From: Deinococcales bacterium
GTDB taxonomy: Bacteria; Deinococcota; Deinococci; Deinococcales; JAAFIG01
DNA length: 64,000 bases
Assembly (NCBI GenBank): GCA_043778225.1
Contig: JAYWGM010000066.1
Coordinates: forward strand, 16,674 to 80,673
Reading direction: 5' to 3'
Position numbers and translations under genes: made by a program. Below are positions 1-9,366 of this stretch, one piece after another. How positions within the stretch are numbered: the first letter of the stretch is position 1; each line of letters opens with the position of its first letter. Below the pieces are notes generated by a model that saw only the letters and a program-made list of their open reading frames with translations, did not search any database and was not told where the DNA came from.

Positions 1-314
1 CTATTGCATTTGATATGGACACGGATACGCTCCAAAAGTCGTACCACACCACGTCGTATCAAAATGCGTACACTGATATTCGCCGAGTTCTCGAGAAATA
101 CGGTTTTACATGGCAACAAGGCAGTGTTTACTTTGGTGGCGATTCCATCAATGCTGTTACTTGTGTTTTAGCGGTCATGGATTTAACACGGACATATTCA
201 TGGTTTTCAGCCTCAATCAGAGATATTCGGATGATGCGAATAGAAGAACAAAACGACCTAATGCCAGCCGTAGAACAAGTTTTGCGTGACTTACCGCAAA
301 AAGCATCATCGTAA
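1..314 (+). CDS. vapD: VapD (Cas2-like fold) virulence-associated protein, 5' end outside the window
   Basis: The frame continues upstream of the called ATG as ..AIAFDMDT. It contains AYxDIrrvL..GF.WQQGSVYF and WF..S.RDIRMMRIEE.NDL, typical of VapD. Confidence 0.85.
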   Translation, partial: IAFDMDTDTLQKSYHTTSYQNAYTDIRRVLEKYGFTWQQGSVYFGGDSINAVTCVLAVMDLTRTYSWFSASIRDIRMMRIEEQNDLMPAVEQVLRDLPQKASS

Positions 315-435
315 GTTTATTGGCTCGAGACGCGGATTGTAGTGCCTAAAAACCCAAGTGGATCTGGACTTGAGGTGAGATGAAGAGACGAAACCCGTAG
401 TTGAAAGGGACTTAGTGTTCTGCTAATATCAGAAA

Positions 436-1077
436 ATGTTTGAACATTCTTATAGGGTAATTTTGAATCATTGGCGGTTAATTAGGTTGTTTGTAGTTAT
501 TTTTGGCTTGACCCAAGCATTTTTTCAATCATCTTATCTTTCTCTTATTGCTAATCGTCTTTATGCCCCAGAAATTTCGTTTTTTGTTTTTGTGATGGCA
601 TTGTTTGCATATGCTTTGTTGCTAGTTCGGGTAGTCCTACAAAGAAGGTGGAGGCTGACGGCTGGTTTACACAGTAGTTTTTTACATATAGAGTCGGATA
701 GACAATTCATAACTAATTTTTTGCACGTAAGTATCACAGGACTATCGTATTCAGGTGCTTATATGTTGGGAGATTTGTACTATAAAGTATCCGTGGAAAA
801 TCAAAATTCTAATTGGATTTTTCTCGAAAATCCCTCATTAGTGTCTCAAATTATTTTTATTTCACTAGTGATGATTTTTTTGGCTGTGTATTTGTGGTCA
901 TACGACACATTTACGGAGCTATTTTTGCCAAATGTGTATCTTGAGAATATGCCCCATGACCAAAATAAAGCCCATACCAGAGAAAAGAATATGTTGTATT
1001 TGGTTTTAAGTTTTGCGTTTTTTCTTATGATTCTTTGCTTTCTACTGGTTCATCAATTTTTCTTTTCTAGTATATAA
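436..1077 (+). CDS. Hypothetical multi-pass membrane protein (AT-rich)
   Basis: 213 aa ORF with about 5 hydrophobic segments; no family recognised. Confidence 0.6.
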   Translation: MFEHSYRVILNHWRLIRLFVVIFGLTQAFFQSSYLSLIANRLYAPEISFFVFVMALFAYALLLVRVVLQRRWRLTAGLHSSFLHIESDRQFITNFLHVSITGLSYSGAYMLGDLYYKVSVENQNSNWIFLENPSLVSQIIFISLVMIFLAVYLWSYDTFTELFLPNVYLENMPHDQNKAHTREKNMLYLVLSFAFFLMILCFLLVHQFFFSSI

Positions 1078-1137
1078 CGGCGTGTAGGTTGGGCTTTGCC
1101 TTAATCCTTTTGGCATGGTAATGCTTGAGACAACCGC

Positions 1138-1359
1138 TTATTGAAACCAATGCTCGTATCTCGAGCGCCATTCTTTTTTGCCAAAACTGATGAATTTAGC
1201 AAAAACTTCTGGATGCAACTTTCGTTAGTCTAATTCTTCAATAATTTCATGGAATTCATGTTCGGTTAAGTAACCATCAAAAGCTGCATCTGATAGGTAG
1301 TTTACGATTTCATCGGTGTTGAATTGTTTGATGTTTCGCTCGGCAATCGTGCCAATTCC
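1138..1359 (-). pseudogene. Possible degenerate gene remnant downstream of the orphan antitoxin
   Basis: Protein-like frame GIGTIAERNIKQFNTDEIVNYLSDAAFDGYLTEHEFHEIIEELD*RKLHPEVFAKF..WFQ* with an internal TAA (1225-1227) and no start codon. Confidence 0.35.
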
Positions 1360-1377
1360 TTATGGTGTTGAACGACT

Positions 1378-1563
1378 TCATGCACTAAATTTTCGATGAA
1401 CTTCTTCGCTGGTTTTGCCGTTGCCTGTTTCGCTGTCTGCCATGCCTCTTGCAATAGATTGCCTAAAAAGAATTGCGTACTGCACATCATCCCAAGTGGC
1501 ATCGTCGGGCAAAGTTTGCAGTAAGCGTTGGGCTTCTTCTCTGACAAGGGTTTTCATGGGCAT
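1378..1563 (-). CDS. Small putative type II antitoxin (RelE/ParE-partner type)
   Basis: The pattern LPDDATWDDVQY..F.QSI.RG.AD...G.G...EEV...F resembles addiction-module antitoxins. Confidence 0.65.
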   Translation of the reverse strand: MPMKTLVREEAQRLLQTLPDDATWDDVQYAILFRQSIARGMADSETGNGKTSEEVHRKFSA

Positions 1564-1632
1564 ATTGTAGCGCTTGGCTCGAGCTTTGCCAAATTTGTAT
1601 CGTGTTTTTTCAAAACCTTGTATGATTGCAGT

Positions 1633-1878
1633 ATGGAAGCCTTGGGTATGGATAAATTTGGTCGAGTTCGGATTCCTAAATCTATTCGGGAAGCCTTGAA
1701 TCTGAAATCAGAAGTGAAATTAGAGGTTCGTGTTTCTGATGGCGAAATTACGTTGCGCCCACAGAACAAAGGGCAGATTGTTGAAAAAAATGGTTTTTAT
1801 GTTTGGACTGGAACAGACCGCCTTGATAAAAGCCTGATTGAACTGATTCAAGAAACTCGTGAAGAGCGGCAGGAATGA
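1633..1878 (+). CDS. vapB: AbrB/MazE/SpoVT-family antitoxin
   Basis: MDKFGRVRIPKSIREALNL..EVKLEVRV.DGEITLRP; leaderless TATGAT-N6-ATG; ATGA overlap with the PIN gene. Confidence 0.85.
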   Translation: MEALGMDKFGRVRIPKSIREALNLKSEVKLEVRVSDGEITLRPQNKGQIVEKNGFYVWTGTDRLDKSLIELIQETREERQE

Positions 1879-2306
1879 GTCTCGAGTTGTTTGATACCAA
1901 TGTTTTGTTGGCGGCTGTTTTGCCACATCGTGAAGATCATGAAATTGCACAACGGATTATCAATCAGAGTAAGCAACTTGGTCGGGCGTGTATTTGCGTA
2001 CATTCGTTGGCAGAGGCGTACAGCACTTTGAGCGGCAAACTTGGTATTCCACCAAAGCAGGCTTTTGAAATTCTCGAGTTTGCTTTGCGTGGCATGATAA
2101 TTTTAGCATTTGCGCCAACTGACCACATGAATGCGATTAAACGAATGGTTTTGCTGGGAATTGGAGGCGCAGGAATTTACGATGCGCTTATTGCAGAATT
2201 GGCTTTGCGTCATAAGTGCGACAAAATTTTGACATTTAACGCCAAACATTTTATTCGTCTGGGTGCAGATATTGCGAGTATTGTTGAAGTTCCCAAGTTG
2301 ACCTGA
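1875..2306 (+). CDS. vapC: PIN-domain ribonuclease toxin
   Basis: FDTNVL, LAEAYSTL, IYDALIA and LTFN.KHF motifs. Confidence 0.9.
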   Translation: MSLELFDTNVLLAAVLPHREDHEIAQRIINQSKQLGRACICVHSLAEAYSTLSGKLGIPPKQAFEILEFALRGMIILAFAPTDHMNAIKRMVLLGIGGAGIYDALIAELALRHKCDKILTFNAKHFIRLGADIASIVEVPKLT

Positions 2307-2401
2307 GCCTCGTATTTTTGCCAAAGCCTTATCTGATTACCTTGTCAAAGCTGTAGCACGGTGGTTATTTTGCTTGGCATGGTTAAGTTATGCTTTCTGG
2401 C

Positions 2402-3865
2402 ATGAATGTGATTGTGATAGGTGCTGGGGTCGGTGGTCTAAGCGCCGCGATTCGTTTGGCTGCCAAGGGTCTTCAAGTACGGGTTCTCGAGCGACTGCCA
2501 AACGCTGGTGGTAAATTAAATTTACTCGAGGAGGCTGGGTATCGTTTTGATACTGGTCCGAGCTTGGTGACGCTGCCTTGGGTTTTTGAGGATTTATTTG
2601 CGGCAGCCAACGAAAAAATGTCTGACTGGCTCGAGTTAATTCGGCTTGAGCCAGTCTGTAGGTACTTTTACCCTGATGGCACCGGTTTTGATGCCAGTGC
2701 TGATATGCCAACCATGATGCAGAATCTCGAGAAATTCAGTGCTGGGGCTGGTCAGGATTTTAATGCGTTTTTTGGTCATGCTGCACGGGCTTGGCGTGGT
2801 AGCCGCAAACCGTTTTTGGAAAGCAGCATCTCGAGTCCACTGGATTTTATAAAAGATGGCATTCCTTGGATGGATTTAACCGCGCTGCTACCGATTCCAA
2901 CGCTGCATGGACTAGCAAAGCGTTATTTCAAAGACCCGCGTTTACAGCAATTTGTTGGGCGGTATGCCACCTACACAGGCTCGAGTCCATACAGCGCACC
3001 AGCCACACTCAGCACGGTCTTGTATTCGGAATACGCTTACGGGGCTTGGTACGTGCGCGGCGGGCTGTATGCCATTGCTCTGGCGCTCGAGAAACTGGCT
3101 TTGAAACTAGGCGTAGAATTTAGTTTTAGCTCAAAAGTTACAAAAATTCAGACACAGAACGCAGTTGTGAATGCCGTACAACTCGAAAACGGCGAAGTGC
3201 TAACCTGTGATGCGATTATTTGCAATGCCGACGCAAATCATTTGTACGAAGACTTACTCGAGAAAAACCTTGACCCACGAAAAACCAAACTCGAGCCGAG
3301 CATTTCTGGGTTTGTGCTGCTGCTGGGCGTAGAAGGCGAAACAGAGGGACTCGAGCATCATAATATTTTCTTTTCCAGCAATTATAAAAAAGAATTCCAG
3401 CAAATTTTTACGGAACTCCAACCTGCCTCCGAACCGACGATTTATGTCTGCATCTCGAGTAAAACCGATTTAAGCCAAGCGCCGCAAAATTGTGAAAACT
3501 GGTTTATTTTGGTCAACGCACCACCCACAGGTCAAGTAGACTGGGCAGCCCAAGCACCCAAGTACGCGGCTCAGATTCTCGAGCAACTCGCAAAACGCGG
3601 TTTTGAGATTCGCAACCGCATCAGAATCCAACACATCATCTCGCCTACTGACCTCGAGCATAAGTATTTAACACACCGAGGCGGGATTTACGGCAGCAGC
3701 AGCAATACGATTAGCAGCGCTTTCTTGCGCCCTCAGAACCGCAGTCAGACAGTGCGCGGTTTATATTTGGCGACAGGCAGCGCTCACCCCGGCGGTGGAT
3801 TGCCATTGGTGATGCTCTCGGGCAAACTCGCCGCCAATGCCTTACTCGAGGACAGTAGAAATTGA
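2402..3865 (+). CDS. Phytoene desaturase family (CrtI/CrtD-like) FAD oxidoreductase
   Basis: GAGVGGL dinucleotide motif, GYRFDTGPSLVT, C-terminal GSAHPGGGLPLVMLSG; TATGCT-N7-ATG at 2402. Confidence 0.85.
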   Translation: MNVIVIGAGVGGLSAAIRLAAKGLQVRVLERLPNAGGKLNLLEEAGYRFDTGPSLVTLPWVFEDLFAAANEKMSDWLELIRLEPVCRYFYPDGTGFDASADMPTMMQNLEKFSAGAGQDFNAFFGHAARAWRGSRKPFLESSISSPLDFIKDGIPWMDLTALLPIPTLHGLAKRYFKDPRLQQFVGRYATYTGSSPYSAPATLSTVLYSEYAYGAWYVRGGLYAIALALEKLALKLGVEFSFSSKVTKIQTQNAVVNAVQLENGEVLTCDAIICNADANHLYEDLLEKNLDPRKTKLEPSISGFVLLLGVEGETEGLEHHNIFFSSNYKKEFQQIFTELQPASEPTIYVCISSKTDLSQAPQNCENWFILVNAPPTGQVDWAAQAPKYAAQILEQLAKRGFEIRNRIRIQHIISPTDLEHKYLTHRGGIYGSSSNTISSAFLRPQNRSQTVRGLYLATGSAHPGGGLPLVMLSGKLAANALLEDSRN

Positions 3866-3940
3866 ATCTCGAGCAACAAAAATACTGCACAGGTCAACAT
3901 TGTCTACCAAAAGCAACTTTTGGTATGGCGCAAGACCCCC

Positions 3941-3969
3941 TTGACAAATCTTTTAAAACGTTTTAATTT
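3941..3969 (+). promoter_or_regulatory. Sigma70 promoter with overlapping LacI-type operator
   Basis: TTGACA (3941)-N17-TAATTT; perfect palindrome TTAAAACGTTTTAA at 3953-3966 with the central CG typical of LacI sites. Confidence 0.75.
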
Positions 3970-3999
3970 TATACCAAGCAAAATAAATCCGAGGTTTTT

Positions 4000-5037
4000 A
4001 TGAACAAGCTCTTACTCGAGCTTCCGAAAATCATCACCATTCATGATGTCGCTCTGGCAGCCCAAGTTTCGATTGCCACGGTTTCTTTGGCTTTACGCAA
4101 CGATTCGCGCTGTGCGGCTAAAACAGTCACTCGAGTTCAAGAAATCGCGGCTCAGTTAAATTATGTGCCTAATCAGGTGGCTCGGAGTCTGCAAAGTTCG
4201 ACCACCGAAACGATTACGCTGGTTGTGCCAGACATTGGTAATCCAGTTTATGTTGCCATGGCAAAGGTGATTCAACGCGAGGCTCGAGCGCGTGGTTTCA
4301 GGCTGGGTTTGGTCAACAGCGACCACCAGCGCAGCGAGGAACTCTATGCCATCAATGGCTTAGCCATGCGTCATGCCGATGCTTTGATTATTTGTTCACT
4401 CAATCCAGATGCAGTGCTGATTGAAGCTCTATCTCGAGCCAATGCCCCAGTGTGTTTTATTGGACGTTTACCAGCTAACATCGAGATTGACAATGTGCGG
4501 GTGGATTCTGAAATCGGTGTGGTTTTGGGGATGAATCAATTGGTAGAAGCGGGTCATCAGCGCATTGGTTTTGTCAATGGTATTGCCAAAACAGTTCCAG
4601 CTAAAGCGCGGCTTGAGGGGTTTAAGCGAGCCTTAAAACAACATCATTTGCCTTATTCGGCTTCGTTAGTGGTGCATCACGATTTTAGTTTTGAAGGTGG
4701 CTATGCGGGGACAAGGCAGTTACTCGAGCGCCATAGCAATTTAGATGCGATTTTTTGTGCCAATGATGTCATGGCAATTGGGGCGTTGCATCGTTTGCGC
4801 GAAGTGGGTTTACGAGTCCCGCAGGACTTGGCGATTATTGGCATGGATAACATTGCCGAAGGTCGGGTTTGTACCCCAACGCTAACCAGTGTTTCGTTAG
4901 AAGCTGAAGAACGCGGTGCAATTGCAGCACAATTGTTATTTGAAAGACTCCAAGCTGAAACTCGGCTCGAGACACGGCGAGTAACAGTTCAACCGCGTTT
5001 GGTTGTGCGCCAGTCGAGTCTGCGGGTGGTCGCATGA
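4000..5037 (+). CDS. LacI-family transcriptional regulator
   Basis: TIHDVALAAQVSIATVS HTH, LNYVPN hinge, periplasmic-binding-type core. Confidence 0.95.
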   Translation: MNKLLLELPKIITIHDVALAAQVSIATVSLALRNDSRCAAKTVTRVQEIAAQLNYVPNQVARSLQSSTTETITLVVPDIGNPVYVAMAKVIQREARARGFRLGLVNSDHQRSEELYAINGLAMRHADALIICSLNPDAVLIEALSRANAPVCFIGRLPANIEIDNVRVDSEIGVVLGMNQLVEAGHQRIGFVNGIAKTVPAKARLEGFKRALKQHHLPYSASLVVHHDFSFEGGYAGTRQLLERHSNLDAIFCANDVMAIGALHRLREVGLRVPQDLAIIGMDNIAEGRVCTPTLTSVSLEAEERGAIAAQLLFERLQAETRLETRRVTVQPRLVVRQSSLRVVA

Positions 5038-5924
5038 CGCGCCGTTCAGGGATGCAAAGCCCCGGTCATGTGCCTTTGTGGTTGTTTTTACCAACCCTGA
5101 TTCCAGTGTTTTTACTCAGTGTTTTACCGCTCTTTCAGGGTATTTGGCTTGGTTTTACCGATTACACACTTGGCGCTCCTGAACAACGTTTTATTTTCTT
5201 TGATAACTTCTCGAGGATGTTCAAAGATTCGCAGTTCTGGGGTTCTTTTCAAGTTGGTGCAATCTGGACTTTTTCGGTCACTGCTGGTGTGGTTGTCTCG
5301 GGCATGGGTTTGGCGTTGTTACTTAATGCCAAGTTGCCACTCCAAGGCTTGGCTCGAGTTCTGGTGCTTATTCCGTGGGCAATTCCACCGATTATCAAAG
5401 GCGTGATTTGGCGGCTGGTTTATCATCCTCAAGCTGGTTTTTTGAACAATGGCTTGGTTAGTGCTGGGGTTTTATCCGAACCGATAGATTGGCTCAATAG
5501 TTTTACCTGGTCTCTGCCCGCCGTGATTCTGGTCGGTATTTGGACGGGTTTACCGCAAGCCACCGTGGTTTTACTGGCGGGTTTACAAACCATTCCAGAT
5601 GAACTCTACGAAGCTGCTGCTTTGGATGGTGCTTCGAGTTGGGCATTGTTTCGCTTTATAACTTTTCCGTTGTTGCTGCCTGTGATTATGGCAACCACGG
5701 CGCTCGAGTTTATGTGGCAATTTAATTCATTTGGACTGGTCTATACCCTAACCGAAGGTGGACCGGCTGGAACGACACGTTTACCGATGTTATTTGCTTA
5801 CGAAGAAGCCTTTCGTTTTGGCAATCTGGCTTATGCCTCGGCACTTGGAACGGCGATGGTGATTGTGGTCGGCGCATTGGTGCTTTATACCGTGCGAGGA
5901 CAAATTGCACAGGAGCGCTCATGA
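5034..5924 (+). CDS. Carbohydrate ABC permease (MalF-like)
   Basis: EAA loop LYEAAALDGAS; 6 TM segments. Confidence 0.92.
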   Translation: MTRRSGMQSPGHVPLWLFLPTLIPVFLLSVLPLFQGIWLGFTDYTLGAPEQRFIFFDNFSRMFKDSQFWGSFQVGAIWTFSVTAGVVVSGMGLALLLNAKLPLQGLARVLVLIPWAIPPIIKGVIWRLVYHPQAGFLNNGLVSAGVLSEPIDWLNSFTWSLPAVILVGIWTGLPQATVVLLAGLQTIPDELYEAAALDGASSWALFRFITFPLLLPVIMATTALEFMWQFNSFGLVYTLTEGGPAGTTRLPMLFAYEEAFRFGNLAYASALGTAMVIVVGALVLYTVRGQIAQERS

Positions 5925-6769
5925 CCGTTAAACAACGCCGCCTTAAATTGCAAGCTGTCCGTTTATTGATGGGTCTGGCTTTACTGGGTTATGTGTTGTT
6001 TTTAGCGTTTCCCTTGGTGTGGTTACTGGCAACGGCTTTCAAGCCAACTTCGGAAATTTTTACGACGGGCGAATTCTTACCTCGAGCGCCAACAATTGCT
6101 AATTTCGGCGAAGCCATCCGCGACCTTGGTGTGCTGAACAGCGCTTGGAACACATTTTTTGTGAGTATTACCTCGGCTATTATTACCTTAGCTATTTCAA
6201 TGCCAATTTCGTATATGTTGGCACGTCGCTCGAGTGCCTTGAACCGTGCGGTGATGGTTTGGATTCTGGTCTCGCAGACTTTTCCGTTAATCCTGATTAT
6301 CGTGCCGTTGTTCCTGATTTTAGCCCGCTTTGGTTTGGTCAATTCACACTTGGGTTTAATCATTGTTTATGTTGTCTGGAGCTTACCTTTTGTACTCTGG
6401 ATGCTTCAGGGTTACATCAAAAGTATTCCAGTTGAACTCGAGGAAGCGGCTACGGTGGATGGTGCAACTCAACTTCAGGTAATTCGCTTTATTTTGCTAC
6501 CACTGGTTATTCCCGGATTGGTCGCCACTGGGCTGTACGCCTTTATTACTTCGTGGAACGAATTTTTCTTTGCTTTGGTGCTGCTCAAAAGCCCCGAACT
6601 GATGACCATTCAAGTCAATCTTTCACGGCTTCGTGGTCTCGAGGGACTGGCACGCTGGGGTCCGTTGGCGGCTGGCAGTGTGCTGGCGACGCTACCCACC
6701 TTAATTCTTTTTGCCTATATGCAGCGCCGTTTGGTTTCGGGAATGCTGGCAGGAGGTGTAAAAACTTGA
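5921..6769 (+). CDS. Carbohydrate ABC permease (MalG-like)
   Basis: ELEEAATVDGAT, SWNEFFFAL, C-terminal GGVK. Confidence 0.92.
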   Translation: MTVKQRRLKLQAVRLLMGLALLGYVLFLAFPLVWLLATAFKPTSEIFTTGEFLPRAPTIANFGEAIRDLGVLNSAWNTFFVSITSAIITLAISMPISYMLARRSSALNRAVMVWILVSQTFPLILIIVPLFLILARFGLVNSHLGLIIVYVVWSLPFVLWMLQGYIKSIPVELEEAATVDGATQLQVIRFILLPLVIPGLVATGLYAFITSWNEFFFALVLLKSPELMTIQVNLSRLRGLEGLARWGPLAAGSVLATLPTLILFAYMQRRLVSGMLAGGVKT

Positions 6770-6823
6770 ACCAAAAAAATATCAAAATCGGCTGAACACA
6801 TCACAAATCATTTGGAGGAACGT

Positions 6824-8119
6824 ATGAAAAAAATAGTTGCCATCACCGCTATGCTGGTCGCAGGAGTCGGATTTTTAGCGGTTCAAGCTCAACAAAAACC
6901 AGTTGTTAAAGTGCGTTTTGTCAGTCTGGCGTGGCAAACCCAAGCCGTCGCGGCAGTCAAAGAAGTGGTCACGGCTTGGAATGCCAGTAATCCCAAGGTG
7001 CAAATTGATTACCAACAGGTTTCTTGGGATTCAATTCAAGATTACCTAACGACTTCGTTTGAAGCCAAGAACGTGCCAGATGTCTTTCATTATGAATCCA
7101 CGCCAATCATGGAATTTGCCACCCGAAATTATTTAACCGACCTTTCTAAACTCATTCCCAGTGAAATGAAAACCGATATTGCCCCAGGCGCTTGGAAAAC
7201 CGTGACCGATGCCAAAGGCGCAGTCTACGGCGTGCCGTTCCTATGGGAATCGTTGGTCACGTTATACAACAAAGATTTATTCAAAGCCGCCAACATTAAA
7301 ATTCCGACCAGTCAACGCCCGTGGAGCTACGCCGACCTGCAAAGTGCGGCTAAAAAACTGACTCGAGATAAAAACGGCGACGGCACAACCGATCAATGGG
7401 GAGCAGCTTTTGGCTTGCGCTCACCAACCAACCGCATCATGAACCTGAGCGTTGGTTTTGGAGCAGATTATTTTTATAAAGCTGGCGATAAATACACCGT
7501 TAAAGTGGGGGCAGACGAACAAGCCCTGCTTAAAATTCTAATGGATATGCACCACACCGATAAATCAGCTTCGCTGGATGGTCTAACTGCCCAAAGTCCA
7601 GAACTTTTCAATGGGTTTTTTAGTGGTAAATACGCCATGCTACCGGGAATCGGAGTCTGGGCGCGGCAAACCATTTCCGAATCTGGTCCTAAAGGGTTCA
7701 ACTGGGGTGTTTTGCCACCACTCAAAGCCAAAACCCAAGAACAAGGTTCAGCCACCCAAACCCTGAGCATTCCAGCAGCCGCCAGCAACAAAGCCGAAGC
7801 GGTTGATTTCATTACTTATTTGGTCAATCGGGTCAACAATGGCAAAGTCGCGGCTGGCGATTGGCTCTTTCCAACACGTCAATCGAGCTTGCGCGGAATG
7901 CCATTTCAAGGCGAAGCCAACGGCTGGAAAACCGCCACTGAATCGGCAAAATTCTTGACCATTGCCCCATTCCAACAGGTGCTTGGTTACTCCGAAATTC
8001 GTACTCGAGTGCTAACACCAACTTTTCAGCAATTACTGGCGAACCGCATTAGTCTCGAGGAAGCCATTAAACGCATTGAAACCGAAGGCAATGCAACTTT
8101 GGGTAAATACTACAAGTAA
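6824..8119 (+). CDS. Sugar ABC solute-binding protein (family 1)
   Basis: Signal peptide, YGVPF....LYNKDLF; SD GGAGG upstream. Confidence 0.92.
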   Translation: MKKIVAITAMLVAGVGFLAVQAQQKPVVKVRFVSLAWQTQAVAAVKEVVTAWNASNPKVQIDYQQVSWDSIQDYLTTSFEAKNVPDVFHYESTPIMEFATRNYLTDLSKLIPSEMKTDIAPGAWKTVTDAKGAVYGVPFLWESLVTLYNKDLFKAANIKIPTSQRPWSYADLQSAAKKLTRDKNGDGTTDQWGAAFGLRSPTNRIMNLSVGFGADYFYKAGDKYTVKVGADEQALLKILMDMHHTDKSASLDGLTAQSPELFNGFFSGKYAMLPGIGVWARQTISESGPKGFNWGVLPPLKAKTQEQGSATQTLSIPAAASNKAEAVDFITYLVNRVNNGKVAAGDWLFPTRQSSLRGMPFQGEANGWKTATESAKFLTIAPFQQVLGYSEIRTRVLTPTFQQLLANRISLEEAIKRIETEGNATLGKYYK

Positions 8120-8147
8120 TTTTTCTGGTTACTCTTGTCTTGACTTT

Positions 8148-8170
8148 AGAGGTAGGGCAACCCTACCTCT
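8148..8170. repeat. REP-like intergenic hairpin
   Basis: AGAGGTAGGG-caa-CCCTACCTCT perfect stem after the binding-protein gene. Confidence 0.65.
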
Positions 8171-8226
8171 GACGGCAAATCATTTTTTGATTTCTTAAAA
8201 CAAGAATTCTTTTTTGGAGGTTTATA

Positions 8227-9366
8227 GTGGCACAAAGTATTGAAGATGGCTCGAGGGGCTGTATTCTTGGTGGTGCAGTTGGGGATGCCTTGGGTGGTCC
8301 GACCGAGGGTCGTACCCCAGCCGCAATTCAGGAGCGTTATGGTGGCTGGGTGACGGATTTTGTTGGTCCGTTTCATTTGGATTGGCAAACGGCGCGTCCG
8401 ATTTCACCGCTTCATAAGGGCGATGGTCATATCACTGATGACACGCTGATGGTCATGGCATTAGCCAGTGTGTATGCCGATGTGCGCGATCATTTAACTG
8501 CCTTTGAAATGGCAAGTCATCTGACAGTCAAAATTGCCGATGAAGTGACGTACATTCCCGAATTTGAACGCGAGACGGTGTTGGTCAATCGCTTATTTTA
8601 TGCCGAAAAATACTTGTTGTTGCGCTTGCGCTTTGCCAATGCCGACCCTCGAGAAGCTGGGGTTGGCAATGTGGTCAATTGTGGCGCGGCGATGTATATG
8701 GCACCGGTTGGGATTGTCAATGCGGGTAATCCGCGTGGGGCGTATGCCGAGGCGATTGAATTGGCTGGGGCGCACCAAAGCAGTTATGGGCGTGAAGCAG
8801 CAGGGGTCTTGGCGGCAGCTATCGCCGAGGCACTAAGTCCTGATGCCAGTGTCGAAAGCATTATTAAAACCTGTTTGGATTTGGCTCGAGATGGGACTCG
8901 AGCTGCGATTTTAGCCGTTACCCAAGCGGCTCGAGACATTTCAAATTGGCAAGCAGCGATTCCAATTTTGCGCCAAGCGGTGCTGCCCTTTGATAGTGTC
9001 GGCGAGCATTACCGCGACCCACACCCAGATGCGCGTCGTCCGAGTCGAACCAAAGCGATTGAGGAACTGCCCGTGGCGCTTGGAATGTTGGTCATGGCAA
9101 AGGGCGAATACTTACCAACGGTTCTGGGTGGAGTCAATTATGGGCGTGATTCAGATTCGATTGCTTCGATGGGTGGAGCAATTAGTGGTGCGCTGCACGG
9201 TGCATCAGCCGTTCCTGCCGATTGGGCGAGTTTTATTCAAGAACGCAGCCGTAAGGATTTAGAACGCACGGCTCGAGACTTAGCAGCCGTTGCCAAAGAA
9301 GTCTTTTTGCGTGACCAAGAGCGTTTTGCGGCTCGAGTTGCCGCGTTTCCACAAGGTAAGCCATGA
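8227..9366 (+). CDS. ADP-ribosylglycohydrolase (ARH/DraG family) 1
   Basis: G.AVGDALG.PTEG, TDDT, NCGAAM, DSDSIASMGGAISGA. Confidence 0.92.
   Translation: MAQSIEDGSRGCILGGAVGDALGGPTEGRTPAAIQERYGGWVTDFVGPFHLDWQTARPISPLHKGDGHITDDTLMVMALASVYADVRDHLTAFEMASHLTVKIADEVTYIPEFERETVLVNRLFYAEKYLLLRLRFANADPREAGVGNVVNCGAAMYMAPVGIVNAGNPRGAYAEAIELAGAHQSSYGREAAGVLAAAIAEALSPDASVESIIKTCLDLARDGTRAAILAVTQAARDISNWQAAIPILRQAVLPFDSVGEHYRDPHPDARRPSRTKAIEELPVALGMLVMAKGEYLPTVLGGVNYGRDSDSIASMGGAISGALHGASAVPADWASFIQERSRKDLERTARDLAAVAKEVFLRDQERFAARVAAFPQGKP

Noticed and set aside
1..314. cas2 / CRISPR locus
   Set aside because: The motifs fit VapD; no other cas genes and no repeat-spacer array were seen anywhere in the window.
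1071..1094. Integron attC site (..TAAC ... GTTGGGC)
   Set aside because: Only about 9 nt separate the boxes, far too short, and no integrase or repeated cassette structure is present.
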